From positions 373,364,001 through 373,428,000 of the forward strand of contig OZ024743.1 of NCBI GenBank assembly GCA_964016885.1: a stretch of 64,000 bases of DNA, written 5' to 3'. The translations under genes and the position numbers were made by a program. Positions within the stretch are counted from its first letter, which is position 1. Each line of letters begins with the position of its first letter. The notes below the pieces were generated by a model. It had not been told where the DNA came from. It saw only the letters and a program-made list of their open reading frames with translations, and did not search any database. Below, in pieces: positions 36,901-47,600 of the stretch. The DNA comes from Eledone cirrhosa (Eukaryota).

Positions 36901-38082
36901 CAGCACGGCATCTCCTCACTTGCCGTGTTCCTTCGTCATCTCCTCTTCCAGTCTTAGCGATTTGAAGTCTGCTCTCACAACCTTTGCCCAGTTCTTTCTT
37001 GGTTGTCTTCTATTGCAGCTTCCTTCCACTGGGATTTCCTGGTATTTTTTTCACTCATCGGTCATTGTCGATGCACATCACATGTCCATACCAACACAGT
37101 CTTCTCTCTTGCACACCACCTCGGATTCCCATTAAACCCAGCTTCTCTCTCAGCTCATCCAAGCTCTGCCATTCTCTCACATTATAAATTGCACATCCAA
37201 TGAAACATGGTTGCTTCATTTCTCTTCAGTACTATAACCCATTCTCTTTACTTTATTGTTCCACTTGTCAGATCTGACTGTGATAATCTAAACAGACATC
37301 AGGTAATATTGATGATGATGGTGATGGTAGAGGTGATGGTAGAGGTGGTGGTAATGTTGATCTGACATTGTTTTATAACCTTGTCTAATCAGTCAATTTG
37401 TTAACAAAATAAAAGATTGTTCTTCATCCCTTTTGTTTCATTATTATATAAAATATAAAGAAATAATTTGTGTTGCAAGGTTTTTGATAACTGCTGCTCA
37501 ATCAATGATAAACATTGATTGACAGCTAAATTATTTATAAAAATAGTGTGTTTTAGTATTTTTTGGCAATATTAGGATAACATGACCCTCCCCAAAGAAA
37601 TAATTATTGTTGTTGTTGTGAGGGTAGCGGATTGGCAGAACGGATAATGTAGGACAAGATGATTTGGGGCATTTACTTATGGTCCTTTATATTCTGAGTT
37701 CAAATAAAACCAACATCACCTTTGCCTTTCATCCTTCTGGGATCGATAAAATAAAGTACCTGTCATGTACTGGGATTGATTTAATCAACTTTTGCGCCCC
37801 CGCTCCAATAAATTGTTGGCTCTGTGCCTGAATTAGAAATTTTTATTATTGTTGTTATTGCTATCTACAGATCCACCCAGTAATGCCAAATGGATATTGA
37901 ATGCGCTATGGGAGATGGAAGGCATTGATGTTCACCTTGACACCAATATTGGTAAAAAGCTCTCTGGCCTTGCTCACACCCTCACAGCTCTGGCCGGAGA
38001 CCCTAATGATGATGATGCTGTTGATATTCTCAATGAAGCTGATACACCTGATGGAACAATGAGCAAATTGCCATGGGGACAG
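848..38082 (+). CDS. BLTP1: Partial multi-exon gene (19 internal exons): bridge-like lipid transfer protein family member 1 (KIAA1109/tweek/LPD-3 orthologue)
   Basis: Exons join in frame at canonical AG/GT sites with matched phases (5481 nt total). Peptides recalled as KIAA1109-like: DFTRLDWNLLSTATPAINSW, FMFECGMEGI, GIQITATTPTSNAVRLETG, AVLVWLNYRNAYEYW, SACSSGSLVSKGRFTGFCLRFADDFE, WEMEGIDVHLDTNIGKKLS. Family call is from memory, not a database search. Confidence 0.88.
1915..2118 (+). mobile_element. piggyBac-like MITE, left end decayed
   Basis: Colinear with 32072-32289; ends taaatactaaaggtttaa. Confidence 0.75.
2503..2683 (+). CDS. BLTP1: BLTP1 exon w2 (LDWNLLSTATP...HMPYK)
   Basis: tttttag| acceptor completes the Arg codon; AAG|gtaagt donor. 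Confidence 0.92.
6011..8180 (+). CDS. BLTP1: BLTP1 exon w3 (2170 bp; RKFNKLNGLSKILQEDPSCQL...STFKQ)
   Basis: ttttcag| phase 0; A|gtgagt phase 1; 742-aa ORF 6035..8263. Confidence 0.92.
8262..8335 (-). ncRNA. Hammerhead-ribozyme-like motif
   Basis: Minus strand: CTGATGA-gctgag...ctcaac-GAAAC-TGCA-GTC; intact core, palindromic stem III, weak stem I. Confidence 0.5.
9140..9757 (-). mobile_element. Internally deleted RTE-like element (5' UTR joined to C-terminal C2H2 finger)
   Basis: Minus strand encodes CSVCTRVFKSLAGLKSHTRSAH* and carries an RTE-5'UTR-like ctaggagaaggaaaactctga (recalled from RTE consensus); flanked by (TA)n. Confidence 0.55.
9790..10500 (+). mobile_element. RTE-clade LINE 3' fragment
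   Basis: VVDSFRYLG, LYDACVRSAMLHGSETW, RRLRWYGHVMR, GRRGRGRPRKTW; ends gcggacgtaaaa(tga)n. Confidence 0.88.
10516..10880. mobile_element. Penelope-like element terminal (pLTR) remnant: 119-bp inverted repeat plus unique tail
   Basis: Arms 10516-10634 and 10661-10779 are near-perfect reverse complements; contain a hammerhead motif and AATAAA; flanked by (TA)n. Confidence 0.65.
10635..10724 (+). ncRNA. Type I hammerhead ribozyme motif (decayed)
   Basis: gggt-CTGACAA-GCCACGGAT...ATCAGTGGC-GAAAC-GTGC-ATC-act; the opposite arm reads GAAAT-GCGC-GTC-acc; consensus CTGACGA/GAAACGCGCGTC. Confidence 0.6.
11371..11520 (+). CDS. BLTP1: BLTP1 exon w4 (FYIGETIPLVVFG...REKVK)
   Basis: ttttag| phase 1; G|gtaagt. 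Confidence 0.9.
12179..12272 (+). CDS. BLTP1: BLTP1 exon w5 (FVGKSSSESSITAHIGHTRIGLLEGILPNM)
   Basis: ttgtag| phase 1; AC|gtgagt phase 2; absent from the ORF track, needed for frame continuity. Confidence 0.88.
12385..12725 (-). mobile_element. RTE-clade LINE 3' fragment
   Basis: Minus-strand RIERSQLQYYGHMVRM...GRRPRSRP. Confidence 0.75.
13057..13269 (+). CDS. BLTP1: BLTP1 exon w6 (IVVTVDVSKSQGLY...AQKS)
   Basis: ctccag| phase 2; AG|gtaagg. Confidence 0.9.
13697..13885 (+). mobile_element. SINE family A
   Basis: ttggcagaatgggtagagc...ctgagtttaatc...cctttcgtccttctggggtcaataaaataaagtac; further + copies at ~3370-3495 and ~37622-37840. Confidence 0.8.
13941..14139 (+). CDS. BLTP1: BLTP1 exon w7 (QPDISES...LLPSLRAHHK)
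   Basis: cttgcag| phase 2; AAG|gtcagt. Confidence 0.9.
14435..14775 (+). mobile_element. tRNA-derived CORE-like SINE
   Basis: A box tggcttagtggt, B box gagttcgattc, CORE-like gtgttcttgaacaagaca; ends ctttaccc. Confidence 0.75.
14840..15055 (+). mobile_element. SINE family A
   Basis: ttggcaaaattggtag...ggagttcaaatcc...core. Confidence 0.8.
15088..15263 (-). mobile_element. SINE family A
   Basis: Reverse-complement copy flanked by (AAT)n. Confidence 0.8.
15284..15742 (-). mobile_element. 5'-truncated Tx1-family fragment (ORF2 C-terminus + 3' UTR)
   Basis: Minus-strand peptide RKMRVERQVLPSSKFVERWVNVARMVRVNG matches RRIRMEREVLHSSQFYERWVKVARMARVNG of the full element; 3' end cccttgtggccAATAAAgaaat. 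Confidence 0.85.
15758..15947 (-). mobile_element. SINE family A
   Basis: Reverse-complement copy flanked by (AAT)n; further minus copies at ~16120-16232, 20455-20637 and 23745-23870. Confidence 0.8.
16359..16448 (+). CDS. BLTP1: BLTP1 exon w8 (TSPITVTGMTGKKARFTIDLPAHTLSFKSR)
   Basis: tttcag|; AGG|gtaagt; 90 bp. Confidence 0.9.
17272..17511 (+). CDS. BLTP1: BLTP1 exon w9 (VSSFETSIPSSASIDLPPI...VQKVFMK)
   Basis: ttttag|; AAG|gtatat; 240 bp. Confidence 0.9.
17774..18688 (+). mobile_element. Non-autonomous Helitron (915 bp)
   Basis: A|TCTATATATATAAAA 5' end; subterminal hairpin cccgagcaacgccggg; CTAG|T 3' end; no TSD. Confidence 0.88.
18203..18382. repeat. 37-bp minisatellite inside the Helitron (~5 copies)
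   Basis: Unit aggcgtgcagacagacagtcgtgcagagaggtgatat. Confidence 0.9.
18977..19105 (+). CDS. BLTP1: BLTP1 exon w10 (EVNELVQKVSG...LLFRLK)
   Basis: aaacag|; AAG|gtaagt; 129 bp. Confidence 0.9.
19240..19817. repeat. 30-bp minisatellite, ~19 copies
   Basis: Unit ttggccacatgttatgcagtggaagatagc, highly homogeneous. Confidence 0.97.
20064..20184 (+). CDS. BLTP1: BLTP1 exon w11 (GIQITATTPT...SKSEY)
   Basis: ggcag|; T|gtaagt phase 1. Confidence 0.9.
20718..20791 (+). CDS. BLTP1: BLTP1 exon w12 (YEDNQKVFIRAHIDLNLTLGQLLK)
   Basis: caacag| phase 1; AAG|gtaggt. Confidence 0.9.
20880..21505. repeat. Complex polypyrimidine (CT)-rich minisatellite
   Basis: Units such as cacttgttttctctctctct and cttgcttgttctttctctct. 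Confidence 0.9.
21840..22380. repeat. 17-bp minisatellite
   Basis: Unit gacgacggtgacgacag; edges read gatgatggtgatgatag. Confidence 0.92.
22561..22644 (+). CDS. BLTP1: BLTP1 exon w13 (NPLFEEAEPEFQTMAYFKTKIGIRNAIQ)
   Basis: ccctag|; CAG|gtaagt; 84 bp. Confidence 0.9.
22886..23130. repeat. 48-bp tandem repeat (5 copies) inside a family B SINE
   Basis: Unit aaagtggtcatgtaggtgtcacgacaaaaagcacccagcccacattgt. Confidence 0.92.
23430..23526 (+). CDS. BLTP1: BLTP1 exon w14 (DEMIPGQEDDQEALLITLTRPII...FDK)
   Basis: tttcag|; G|gtcagt phase 1. Confidence 0.9.
24295..24745 (+). mobile_element. Second TTAA-CCC MITE-like element with tandemly amplified left end (~45-bp unit, ~5 copies)
   Basis: Unit attaaccctttc..taccatatttctaatgaaagacactgtctatgtc; right end tggtatcaaaaggattaa; related decayed copies near 415-620 and 3140-3320. 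Confidence 0.6.
24816..24889 (+). CDS. BLTP1: BLTP1 exon w15 (VLVWLNYRNAYEYWTEQRMALNRE)
   Basis: ttgcag| phase 1; GAG|gtatat. Confidence 0.9.
25188..26942 (+). pseudogene. Tx1-like ORF1 (gag-like, zinc knuckle CYHCAGRGHLRTAC) with one premature stop
   Basis: ORFs 25188..25742 and 25755..26942 share a frame, separated by TGA at 25740-25742; P/Q/T-rich C-terminal half. Confidence 0.85.
26966..30403 (+). pseudogene. Tx1-like ORF2 (APE endonuclease, reverse transcriptase, zf-RVT-like CCHC), frameshifted
   Basis: Motifs LNARGL, AVYAP, GDWN, SYLDRFL, YSDH, GYWKLN, SPGLDG, NFRPITL, LDQSKAFDRV, RQGCPLS, YADD, CPRC..ETVAHALVHC. Frame breaks near 27150, 27930, 28310, 28550, 28600 and 29200. Confidence 0.9.
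30925..31705. repeat. Compound minisatellite: ~37-bp SINE-tail segment + variable (TA)n, ~14 copies
   Basis: Unit tcattgtttaacatctatcttccacgctaccatggg(tg)(ta)n. Confidence 0.92.
32072..32289 (+). mobile_element. piggyBac-like MITE, intact (218 bp)
   Basis: TTAA TSDs; TIRs CCCTTTAACATTTA / TAAATGCTAAAGGG. Confidence 0.88.
32481..32621 (+). CDS. BLTP1: BLTP1 exon w16 (VQTATRQVIDKL...LFLQLTVDDMGICLP...SQN)
   Basis: tttcag|; AAT|gtaagt; 141 bp. Confidence 0.9.
33133..33450 (+). mobile_element. tRNA-derived CORE-like SINE
   Basis: tggctttgtggttagg...gaattcgattccc...gtgtccttgagcaagacact; a decayed copy also at ~5098-5270. Confidence 0.75.
33643..33860 (+). mobile_element. tRNA-derived SINE (family A) with 16-bp TSD
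   Basis: A/B boxes (tgtcagaattggtagag; gagttcaaa); core ctttgcctttcgtccttatggggtcaataaaataaagcaccag; TSD attataactagtataa at 33627-33642 and 33861-33876. Confidence 0.85.
33877..34075 (+). mobile_element. SINE family A, older copy
   Basis: Same core ctttgcctttcatc...aataaaataaa..ccagta. Confidence 0.8.
34339..34462 (+). CDS. BLTP1: BLTP1 exon w17 (GTQNVTR...ISACSSGSLVSKGRFT)
   Basis: taacag|; G|gtcagt phase 1. Confidence 0.9.
34935..35500 (-). mobile_element. Degenerate RTE LINE RT fragment with internal deletion
   Basis: Minus strand: QFSFLPG.STTD, LYLAFVDLEK, VPRSVIWWSLRKLG, VGVHQGS, joined to FKELLPLLTTKG/LYDA. Confidence 0.75.
35991..36140 (+). CDS. BLTP1: BLTP1 exon w18 (FCLRFADDFETSWDEW...CSRTINKQAT)
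   Basis: ttttag| phase 1; G|gtactt phase 1. Confidence 0.9.
36838..37235 (-). mobile_element. RTE LINE 3' fragment
   Basis: Reverse complement of the 10100-10500 sequence (VQERRLCWYGHVM, GSCNRRQPRKNW) with (cat)n tail. Confidence 0.85.
37871..38082 (+). CDS. BLTP1: BLTP1 exon w19 (PPSNAKWILNALWEMEGIDVHLD...LPWGQ)
   Basis: ctacag| phase 1; CAG|gtaaaa; no stop codon, so the gene continues beyond the satellite. Confidence 0.88.
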
Positions 38083-38344
38083 GTAAAATTACTTTATACA
38101 TATATTGTATGTTTGTATGTAATTGTGTTTGTCTTATGTATGTGTTTCTGTGTTTAGGAATTCAAATAGTTTTTGTTGTTTCACTGTTTTTTGCAGTGTC
38201 TTATTTACTTTTTCTACTTGTTCCACTTGACATTTCTCTACCATATCTTGTGTTCATTATTGTGTTTTATACTTATTTCATGTTTTACCAAATTAATCTG
38301 TCCATTGTATAACTTCCTTGCCCCTACCCTCATCTATATAATAC

Positions 38345-38452
38345 TTGTTTGTCTAACCCCACATCTATTGTAACCCCTATGTTTGTCTAGCCCCATATCT
38401 ATTGTAACCCCTATGTTTGTCTAGCCCCACATGAATTGTAACCCCTATGTTT
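38345..38452. repeat. Short ~35-bp tandem triplication
   Basis: Unit tgtttgtctagccccacatctattgtaaccccta. Confidence 0.8.
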
Positions 38453-38639
38453 ATAATTTTTACTGTATTCTATGTGAGAGTCTTTGTGGCTGATAAAGAA
38501 ATTATCATTAATAGATTGACAGTCTGGTGAATTGGCAGAATCATTAGAGCATCAGACAAAAAGGCATTACTTCATCTTCTCTTTTTCTGCCCAAGTCTAC
38601 CTATAGTCTATCCATAGCATTACATGTCTGTATCAAGGT

Positions 38640-41600
38640 TCGTCCTTTGGTCTATCTCTTCCACATTAGATGTCCATACCTTTGATCTATCTCTTTCACA
38701 TTAGATGTCCATACCTTTGGTCTATCTCTTTCACATTACATGTCCACACCTTTGGTCTATCTCTTTCACATTACATGTCCACACCTTTGGTCTATCTCTT
38801 TCACATTACATGTCCATACCTTTGGTCTATCTCTTTCACATTACATGTCCACACCTTTGGTCTATCTCTTTCACATTACATGTCCACACCTTTGGTCTAT
38901 CTCTTTCACATTACATGTCCATACCTTTGGTCTATCTCTTTCACATTACATGTCCATACCTTTGGTCTATCTCTTTCACATTACATGTCCATACCTTTGG
39001 TATATCTCTTTCACATTACATGTCCATACCTTTGGTATATTTCTTTCACATTAGATGTCCATACCTTTGGTCTATCTCTTTCATAACATTACATGTCCAT
39101 ACCTTTGGTCTATCTCTTTCATAACATTACATGTCCATACCTTTGGTCTATCTCTTTCACAACATTACATGTCCATACCTTTGGTCTGTCTCTTTCACAT
39201 TACATGCCCATACCTTTGGTCTATCTCTTTCACAACATTACATGTCCATACCTTTGGTCTATCTCTTTCACATTACATGCCCATACCTTTGGTCTATCTC
39301 TTTCACATTAGATGTCCATACCTTTGGTCTATCTCTTTCACATTAGATGTCCATACCTTTGGTCTATCTCTTTCACATTAGATGTCCATACCTTTGGTCT
39401 ATCTCTTTCACATTACATGTCCATACCTTTGGTCTATCTCTTTCACATTAGATGTCCATACCTTTGGTCTATCTCATTCACATTACATGTCCATACCTTT
39501 GGTCTATCTCTTTCACATTACATGTCCATACCTTTGGTCTATCTCTTTCACATTACATGTCCATACCTTTGGTCCATCTCTTTCACATTACATGTCCATA
39601 GCTTTGATCTATCTCTTTCACATTACATGCCCATACCTTTGGTCTATCTCTTTCACAACATTACATGCCCATACCTTTGGTCTATCTCTTTCACAACATT
39701 ACATGTCCATACCTTTGGTCTATCTCTTTCACATTACATGTCCATACCTTTGGTCTATCTCTTTCACATTACATGTCCATACCTTTGGTCTATCTCTTTC
39801 ACATTACATGCCCATACCTTTGGTCTATCTCTTTCACAACATTACATGCCCATACCTTTGGTCTATCTCTTTCACATTACATGTCCATACCTTTGGTCTA
39901 TCTCTTTCACATTACATGTCCATACCTTTGGTCTATCTCTTTCACATTACATGTCCACACCTTTGGTCTATCTCTTTCACATTACATGTCCATACCTTTG
40001 GTCTATCTCTTTCACATTACATGTCCACACCTTTGGTCTATCTCTTTCACATTACATGTCCATACCTTTGGTCTATCTCTTTCACATTACATGTCCATAC
40101 CTTTGGTCTATCTCTTTCACATTACATGTCCACACCTTTGGTCTATCTCTTTCACATTACATGTCCATACCTTTGGTCTATCTCTTTCACATTACATGTC
40201 CATACCTTTGGTCTATCTCTTTCACATTACATGTCCATACATTTGGTATATCTCTTTCACATTAGATGTCCATACCTTTGGTATATCTCTTTCACATTAG
40301 ATGTCCATACCTTTGGTATATCTCTTTCACATTAGATGTCCATACCTTTGGTCTATCTCTTTCACAACATTACATGTCCATACCTTTGGTCTATCTCTTT
40401 CACATTACATGTCCATACCTTTGGTATATCTCTTTCACATTACATGTCCATACCTTTGGTATATCTCTTTCACATTAGATGTCCATACCTTTGGTCTATC
40501 TCTTGCATAGTATTACATGTCCATACCTTTGGTCTATCTCTTTCACAACATTACATGTCCATACCTTTGGTCTGTCTCTTTCACATTACATGCCCATACC
40601 TTTGGTCTATCTCTTTCACAACATTACATGTCCATACCTTTGGTCTATCTCTTTCACATTAGATGTCCATACCTTTGGTCTATCTCTTTCACATTAGATG
40701 TCCATACCTTTGGTCTATCTCTTTCACATTACATGTCCATACCTTTGGTCTATCTCTTTCACATTACATGTCCATACCTTTGGTCTATCTCTTTCACATT
40801 ACATGTCCATACCTTTGGTCTATCTCATTCACATTACATGTCCATACCTTTGATCTATCTCTTTCACATTAGATGTCCATACCTTTGGTCTATCTCTTTC
40901 ACATTACATGCCCATACCTTTGGTCTATCTCTTTCACAACATTACATGCCCATACCTTTGGTCTATCTCTTTCACAACATTACATGTCCATACCTTTGGT
41001 CTATCTCTTTCACATTAGAGGTCCATACCTATGGTCTACCTCTTTCACAACATTACATGTCCATACCTTTGGTCATCTCTTTCACATTACATGTCCGTAA
41101 CTTTGGTCTATCTCTTTCACATTACATGTCCATACCTTTGGTCTATCTCTTTCACATTACATGTACATACCTTTGGTTTATCTCTTCCACATTACATGTC
41201 CATACCTTTGGTCTATCTCTTCCACATTACATGTCCATACCTTTGGTCTATCTCTTCCACATTACATGTCCATACCTTTGGTCTATCTCTTTCACATTAC
41301 ATGTCCATATCTTTGGTCTATCTTTTTCACATTAGATGTCCATACCTTTGGTCTATCTCTTTCACATTAGATGTCCATACCTTTGGTCTATCTCTTTCAC
41401 AACATTACATGCCCATACCTTTGGTCTATCTCTTTCACATTACATGTCCATACCTTTGGTCTATCTCTTTCACATTACACGTCCATACCTTTGGTCTATC
41501 TCTTTCACATTAGATGTCCATACCTTTAGTCTATCTCTTTCACATTACACGTCCATACCTTTGGTCTATCTCTTTCACATTACACGTCCATACCTTTGGT

Positions 41601-44600
41601 CTATCTCTTTCACATTAGATGTCCATACCTTTGGTCTATCTCTTTCACAACATTACATGCCCATACCTTTGGTCTATCTCTTTCACATTACATGTCCATA
41701 CCTTTGGTCTATCTCTTTCACATTAGAGGTCCATACCTATGGTCTACCTCTTTCACAACATTACATGTCCATACCTTTGGTCATCTCTTTCACATTACAT
41801 GTCCGTAACTTTGGTCTATCTCTTTCACATTACATGTCCATAACTTTGGTCTATCTCTTTCACATTACATGTACATACCTTTGGTTTATCTCTTCCACAT
41901 TACATGTCCATACCTTTGGTCTATCTCTTCCACATTACATGTCCATACCTTTGGTCTATCTCTTCCACATTACATGTCCATACCTTTGGTCTATCTCTTT
42001 CACATTACATGTCCATATCTTTGGTCTATCTTTTTCACATTAGATGTCCATACCTTTGGTCTATCTCTTTCACATTAGATGTCCATACCTTTGGTCTATC
42101 TCTTTCACAACATTACATGCCCATACCTTTGGTCTATCTCTTTCACATTACATGTCCATACCTTTGGTCTATCTCTTTCATATCACATGCCCATCCCTTT
42201 TGTCTATCTTTCACATTAGATGCCCATACCTTTGGTCTATCTCTTTCACATTACATGTCCATACCTTTGGTCTATCTCTTTCACATTACATGTCCATACC
42301 TTTGGTCTATCTCTTTCACATTATATGTCCATACCTTTGGTCTATCTCTTTCACATTACATGACCATACCTTTGGTCTATCTCTTTCACATTATATGTCC
42401 ATACCTTTGGTCTATCTCTTTCACATTACATGACCATACCTTTGGTCTATCTCTTTCACATTACATGCCCATACCTTTGGTCTATCTCTTTCACAACATT
42501 ACATGCCCATACCTTTGGTCTATCTCTTTCACAACATTACATGTCGATACCTTTGGTCTATCTCTTTCACAAAATTACATGTCCATACCTTTGGTCTATC
42601 TCTTTCACAACATTACATGTCCATACCTTTGGTCTATCTCTTTCACATTACATGTCCATACCTTTGGTCTATCTCTTTCACATTACATGTCCATACCTTT
42701 GGTCTATCTCTTCAAGATTACATGTCCATACCTTTGGTCTATCTCTTTCACAACATTACATGTCCATACCTTTGGTCTATCTCTTTCACATTACATGTCC
42801 ATACCTTTGGTCTATCTCTTTCACATTACATGTCCATACCTTTGGTCTATCTCTTTCACATTAGATGTCCATACCTTTGGTCTATCTCTTTCACAACATT
42901 ACATGACCATACCTTTGGTCTATCTCTTTCACAAAATTACATGTCCATACCTTTGGTCTATCTCTTTCACAACATTACATGTCCATACCTTTGGTCTATC
43001 TCTTTCACATTACATGTCCATACCTTTGGTCTATCTCTTTCACATTATATGTCCATACCTTTGGTCTATCTCTTTCACATTACATGTCCATACCTTTGGT
43101 CTATCTCTTTCACATTATATGTCCATACCTTTGGTCTATCTCTTTCACATTACATGCCCATACCTTTGGTCTATCTCTTTCACAACATTACATGCCCATA
43201 CCTTTGGTCTATCTCTTTCACAACATTACATGCCCATACCTTTGGTCTATCTCTTTCACAACATTACATGCCCATACCTTTGGTCTATCTCTTTCACAAC
43301 ATTACATGCCCATACCTTTGGTCTATCTCTTTCACAACATTGCATGCCCATACCTTTGGTCTATCTCTTTCACAACATTACATGTCCATACCTTTGGTCT
43401 ATCTCTTTCACATTACATGTCCATACCTTTGGTCTATCTCTTTCACATTACATGTCCATACCTTTGGTCTATCTCTTTCACATTACATGTCCATACCTTT
43501 GGTCTATCTCTTTCACATTACATGTCCATACCTTTGGTCTATCTCTTTCACATTACATGTCCATACCTTTGGTCTATCTCTTTCACATTACATGTCCATA
43601 CCTTTGGTCTATCTCTTCAAGATTACATGTCCATACCTTTGGTCTATCTCTTTCACATTACATGTCCATACCTTTGGTCTATCTCTTTCACATTAGATGT
43701 CCATACCTTTGGTCTATCTCTTTCACATTAGATGTCCATACCTTTGGTCTATCTCTTTCACAACATTACATGCCCATACCTTTGGTCTATCTCTTCCACA
43801 TTACATGTCCATACCTTTGGTCGATCTCTTTCACATTACATGTCCATACCTTTGGTCTATCTCTTTCACATTAGATGTCCATACATTTGGTCTATCTCTT
43901 TCACATTATATGTCCATACCTTTGGTCTATCTCTTTCACATTACATGCCCATACCTTTGGTCTATCTCTTTCACAACATTACATGCCCATACCTTTGGTC
44001 TATCTCTTTCACAACATTACATGTCCATACCTTTGGTCTATCTCTTTCACAACATTACATGTCCATACCTTTGGTCTATCTCTTTCACATTACATGTCCA
44101 TACCTTTGGTCTATCTCTTTCACATTACATGTCCATACCTTTGGTCTATCTCTTTCACATTACATGTCCATACCTTTGGTCTATCTCTTCAAGATTACAT
44201 GTCCATACCTTTGGTCTATCTCTTCCACATTACATGTCCATACCTTTGGTCTATCTCTTTCACATTACATGTCCATACCTTTGGTCTATCTCTTTCACAT
44301 TAGATGTCCATACCTTTGGTCTATCTCTTTCACATTAGATGTCCATACCTTTGGTCTATCTCTTTCACATTAGATGTCCATACCTTTCGTCTATCTCTTT
44401 CACATTACATGTCCATACCTTTGGTCTATCTCTTTCACATTACATGTCCATACCTTTGGTCTATCTCTTTCACATTAATGTCCATACCTTTGGTCTATCT
44501 CTTTCACATTAGATGTCCATACCTTTGGTCTATCTCTTTCACAACATTACATGCCAATACCTTTGGTCTATCTCTTCCACATTACATGTCCATACCTTTG

Positions 44601-47600
44601 GTCTATCTCTTTCACATTAGATGTCCATACCTTTGGTCTATCTCTTTCACAACATTACATGCCCATACCTTTGGTCTATCTCTTTCACATTACATGTCCA
44701 TACCTTTGGTCTATCTCTTTCACATTAGATGTCCATACCTTTGGTCTATCTCTTCCACATTACATGCCCATACCTTTGGTCTATCTCTTTCACATTACAT
44801 GTCCATACCTTTGGTCTATCTCTTTCACATTAGATGTCCATACCTTTGGTCTATCTCTTTCACATTAGATGTCCATACCTTTGGTCTATCTCTTTCACAT
44901 TAGATCTCCATACCTTTCGTCTATCTGTTTCACAACATTAGATGTCCATACCTTTGGTCTATCTCTTTCACATTACATGTCCATACCTTTGGTCTATCTC
45001 TTTCACATTACATATCCATACCTTTGGTCTATCTCTTTCACATTAGATGTCCATACCTTTGGTCTATCTCTTTCACATTAGATGTCCATACCTTTGGTCT
45101 ATCTCTTTCACAACATTACATGCCCATATCTTTGGTCTATCTGTTCCACATTACATGTCCATACCTTTGGTCTATCTCTTTCACATTACATGTCCATACC
45201 TTTGGTCTATCTCTTTCACATTAGATGTCCATACCTATGGTCTATCTCTTTCACAACATTACATGTCCATACCTTTGGTCTATCTCTTTCACATTACATG
45301 CCCATACCTTTGGTCTATCTCTTTCACATTACATGTCCATACCTTTGGTTTATCTCTTTCACATTACATGCCCATACCTTTGGTCTATCTCTTTCACATT
45401 AGATGTCCATACCTTTGGTCTATCTCTTTCACAACATTACATGTCCATACCTTTGGTCTATCTCTTTCACATTACATGCCCATACATTTGGTCTATCCCT
45501 TTCACATTACATGTCCATACCTTTGGTCTATCTCTTTCACATTAAATGTCCATACCTTTGGTCTATCTCTTTCACAACATTACATGCCCATACCTTTGGT
45601 CTATCTCTTTCACATTACATGCCCATACCTTTGGTCTATCTCTTTCACATTAGATGTCCATACCTTTGGTATATCTCTTTCACAACATTACATGTCCATA
45701 CCTTTGGTCTATCTCTTTAACATTACATGTCCATACCTTTGGTCTATCTCTTTCACATTACATGTCCATACCTTTGGTCTATCTCTTTCACATTACATGT
45801 CCATACATTTGGTATATCTCTTTCACATTAGATGTCCATACCTTTGGTCTATCTCTTTCACAACATTACATGTCCATACCTTTGGTCTATCTCTTTCACA
45901 TTACATGTCCATACCTTTGGTATATCTCTTTCACATTACATGTCCATACCTTTGGTATATCTCTTTCACATTAGATGTCCATACCTTTGGTCTATCTCTT
46001 GCATAGTATTACATGTCCATACCTTTGGTCTATCTCTTTCACAACATTACATGTCCATACCTTTGGTCTGTCTCTTTCACATTACATGCCCATACCTTTG
46101 GTCTATCTCTTTCACAACATTACATGTCCATACCTTTGGTCTATCTCTTTCACATTAAATGTCCATACCTTTGGTATATCTCTTTCACAACATTACATGT
46201 CCATACCTTTGGTCTATCTCTTTCACATTACATGTCCATACCTTTGGTCTATCTCTTTCACATTACATGTCCACACCTTTGGTCTATCTCTTTCACATTA
46301 CATGTCCATACCTTTGGTCTATCTCTTTCACATTACATGTCCACACCTTTGGTCTATCTCTTTCACATTACATGTCCATACCTTTGGTCTATCTCTTTCA
46401 CATTACATGTCCATACCTTTGGTCTATCTCTTTCACATTACATGTCCACACCTTTGGTCTATCTCTTTCACATTACATGTCCATACCTTTGGTCTATCTC
46501 TTTCACATTACATGTCCATACCTTTGGTCTATCTCTTTCACATTACATGTCCATACATTTGGTATATCTCTTTCACATTAGATGTCCATACCTTTGGTAT
46601 ATCTCTTTCACATTAGATGTCCATACCTTTGGTCTATCTCTTTCACAACATTACATGTCCATACCTTTGGTCTATCTCTTTCACATTACATGTCCATACC
46701 TTTGGTATATCTCTTTCACATTACATGTCCATACCTTTGGTATATCTCTTTCACATTAGATGTCCATACCTTTGGTCTATCTCTTGCATAGTATTACATG
46801 TCCATACCTTTGGTCTATCTCTTTCACAACATTACATGTCCATACCTTTGGTCTGTCTCTTTCACATTACATGCCCATACCTTTGGTCTATCTCTTTCAC
46901 AACATTACATGTCCATACCTTTGGTCTATCTCTTTCACATTAGATGTCCATACCTTTGGTCTATCTCTTTCACATTAGATGTCCATACCTTTGGTCTATC
47001 TCTTTCACATTACATGTCCATACCTTTGGTCTATCTCTTTCACATTACATGTCCATACCTTTGGTCTATCTCTTTAACATTACATGTCCATACCTTTGGT
47101 CTATCTCATTCACATTACATGTCCATACCTTTGATCTATCTCTTTCACATTAGATGTCCATACCTTTGGTCTATCTCTTTCACATTACATGCCCATACCT
47201 TTGGTCTATCTCTTTCACAACATTACATGCCCATACCTTTGGTCTATCTCTTTCACAACATTACATGTCCATACCTTTGGTCTATCTCTTTCACATTAGA
47301 GGTCCATACCTATGGTCTACCTCTTTCACAACATTACATGTCCATACCTTTGGTCATCTCTTTCACATTACATGTCCGTAACTTTGGTCTATCTCTTTCA
47401 CATTACATGTCCATACCTTTGGTCTATCTCTTTCACATTACATGTACATACCTTTGGTTTATCTCTTCCACATTACATGTCCATACCTTTGGTCTATCTC
47501 TTCCACATTACATGTCCATACCTTTGGTCTATCTCTTCCACATTACATGTCCATACCTTTGGTCTATCTCTTTCACATTACATGTCCATATCTTTGGTCT

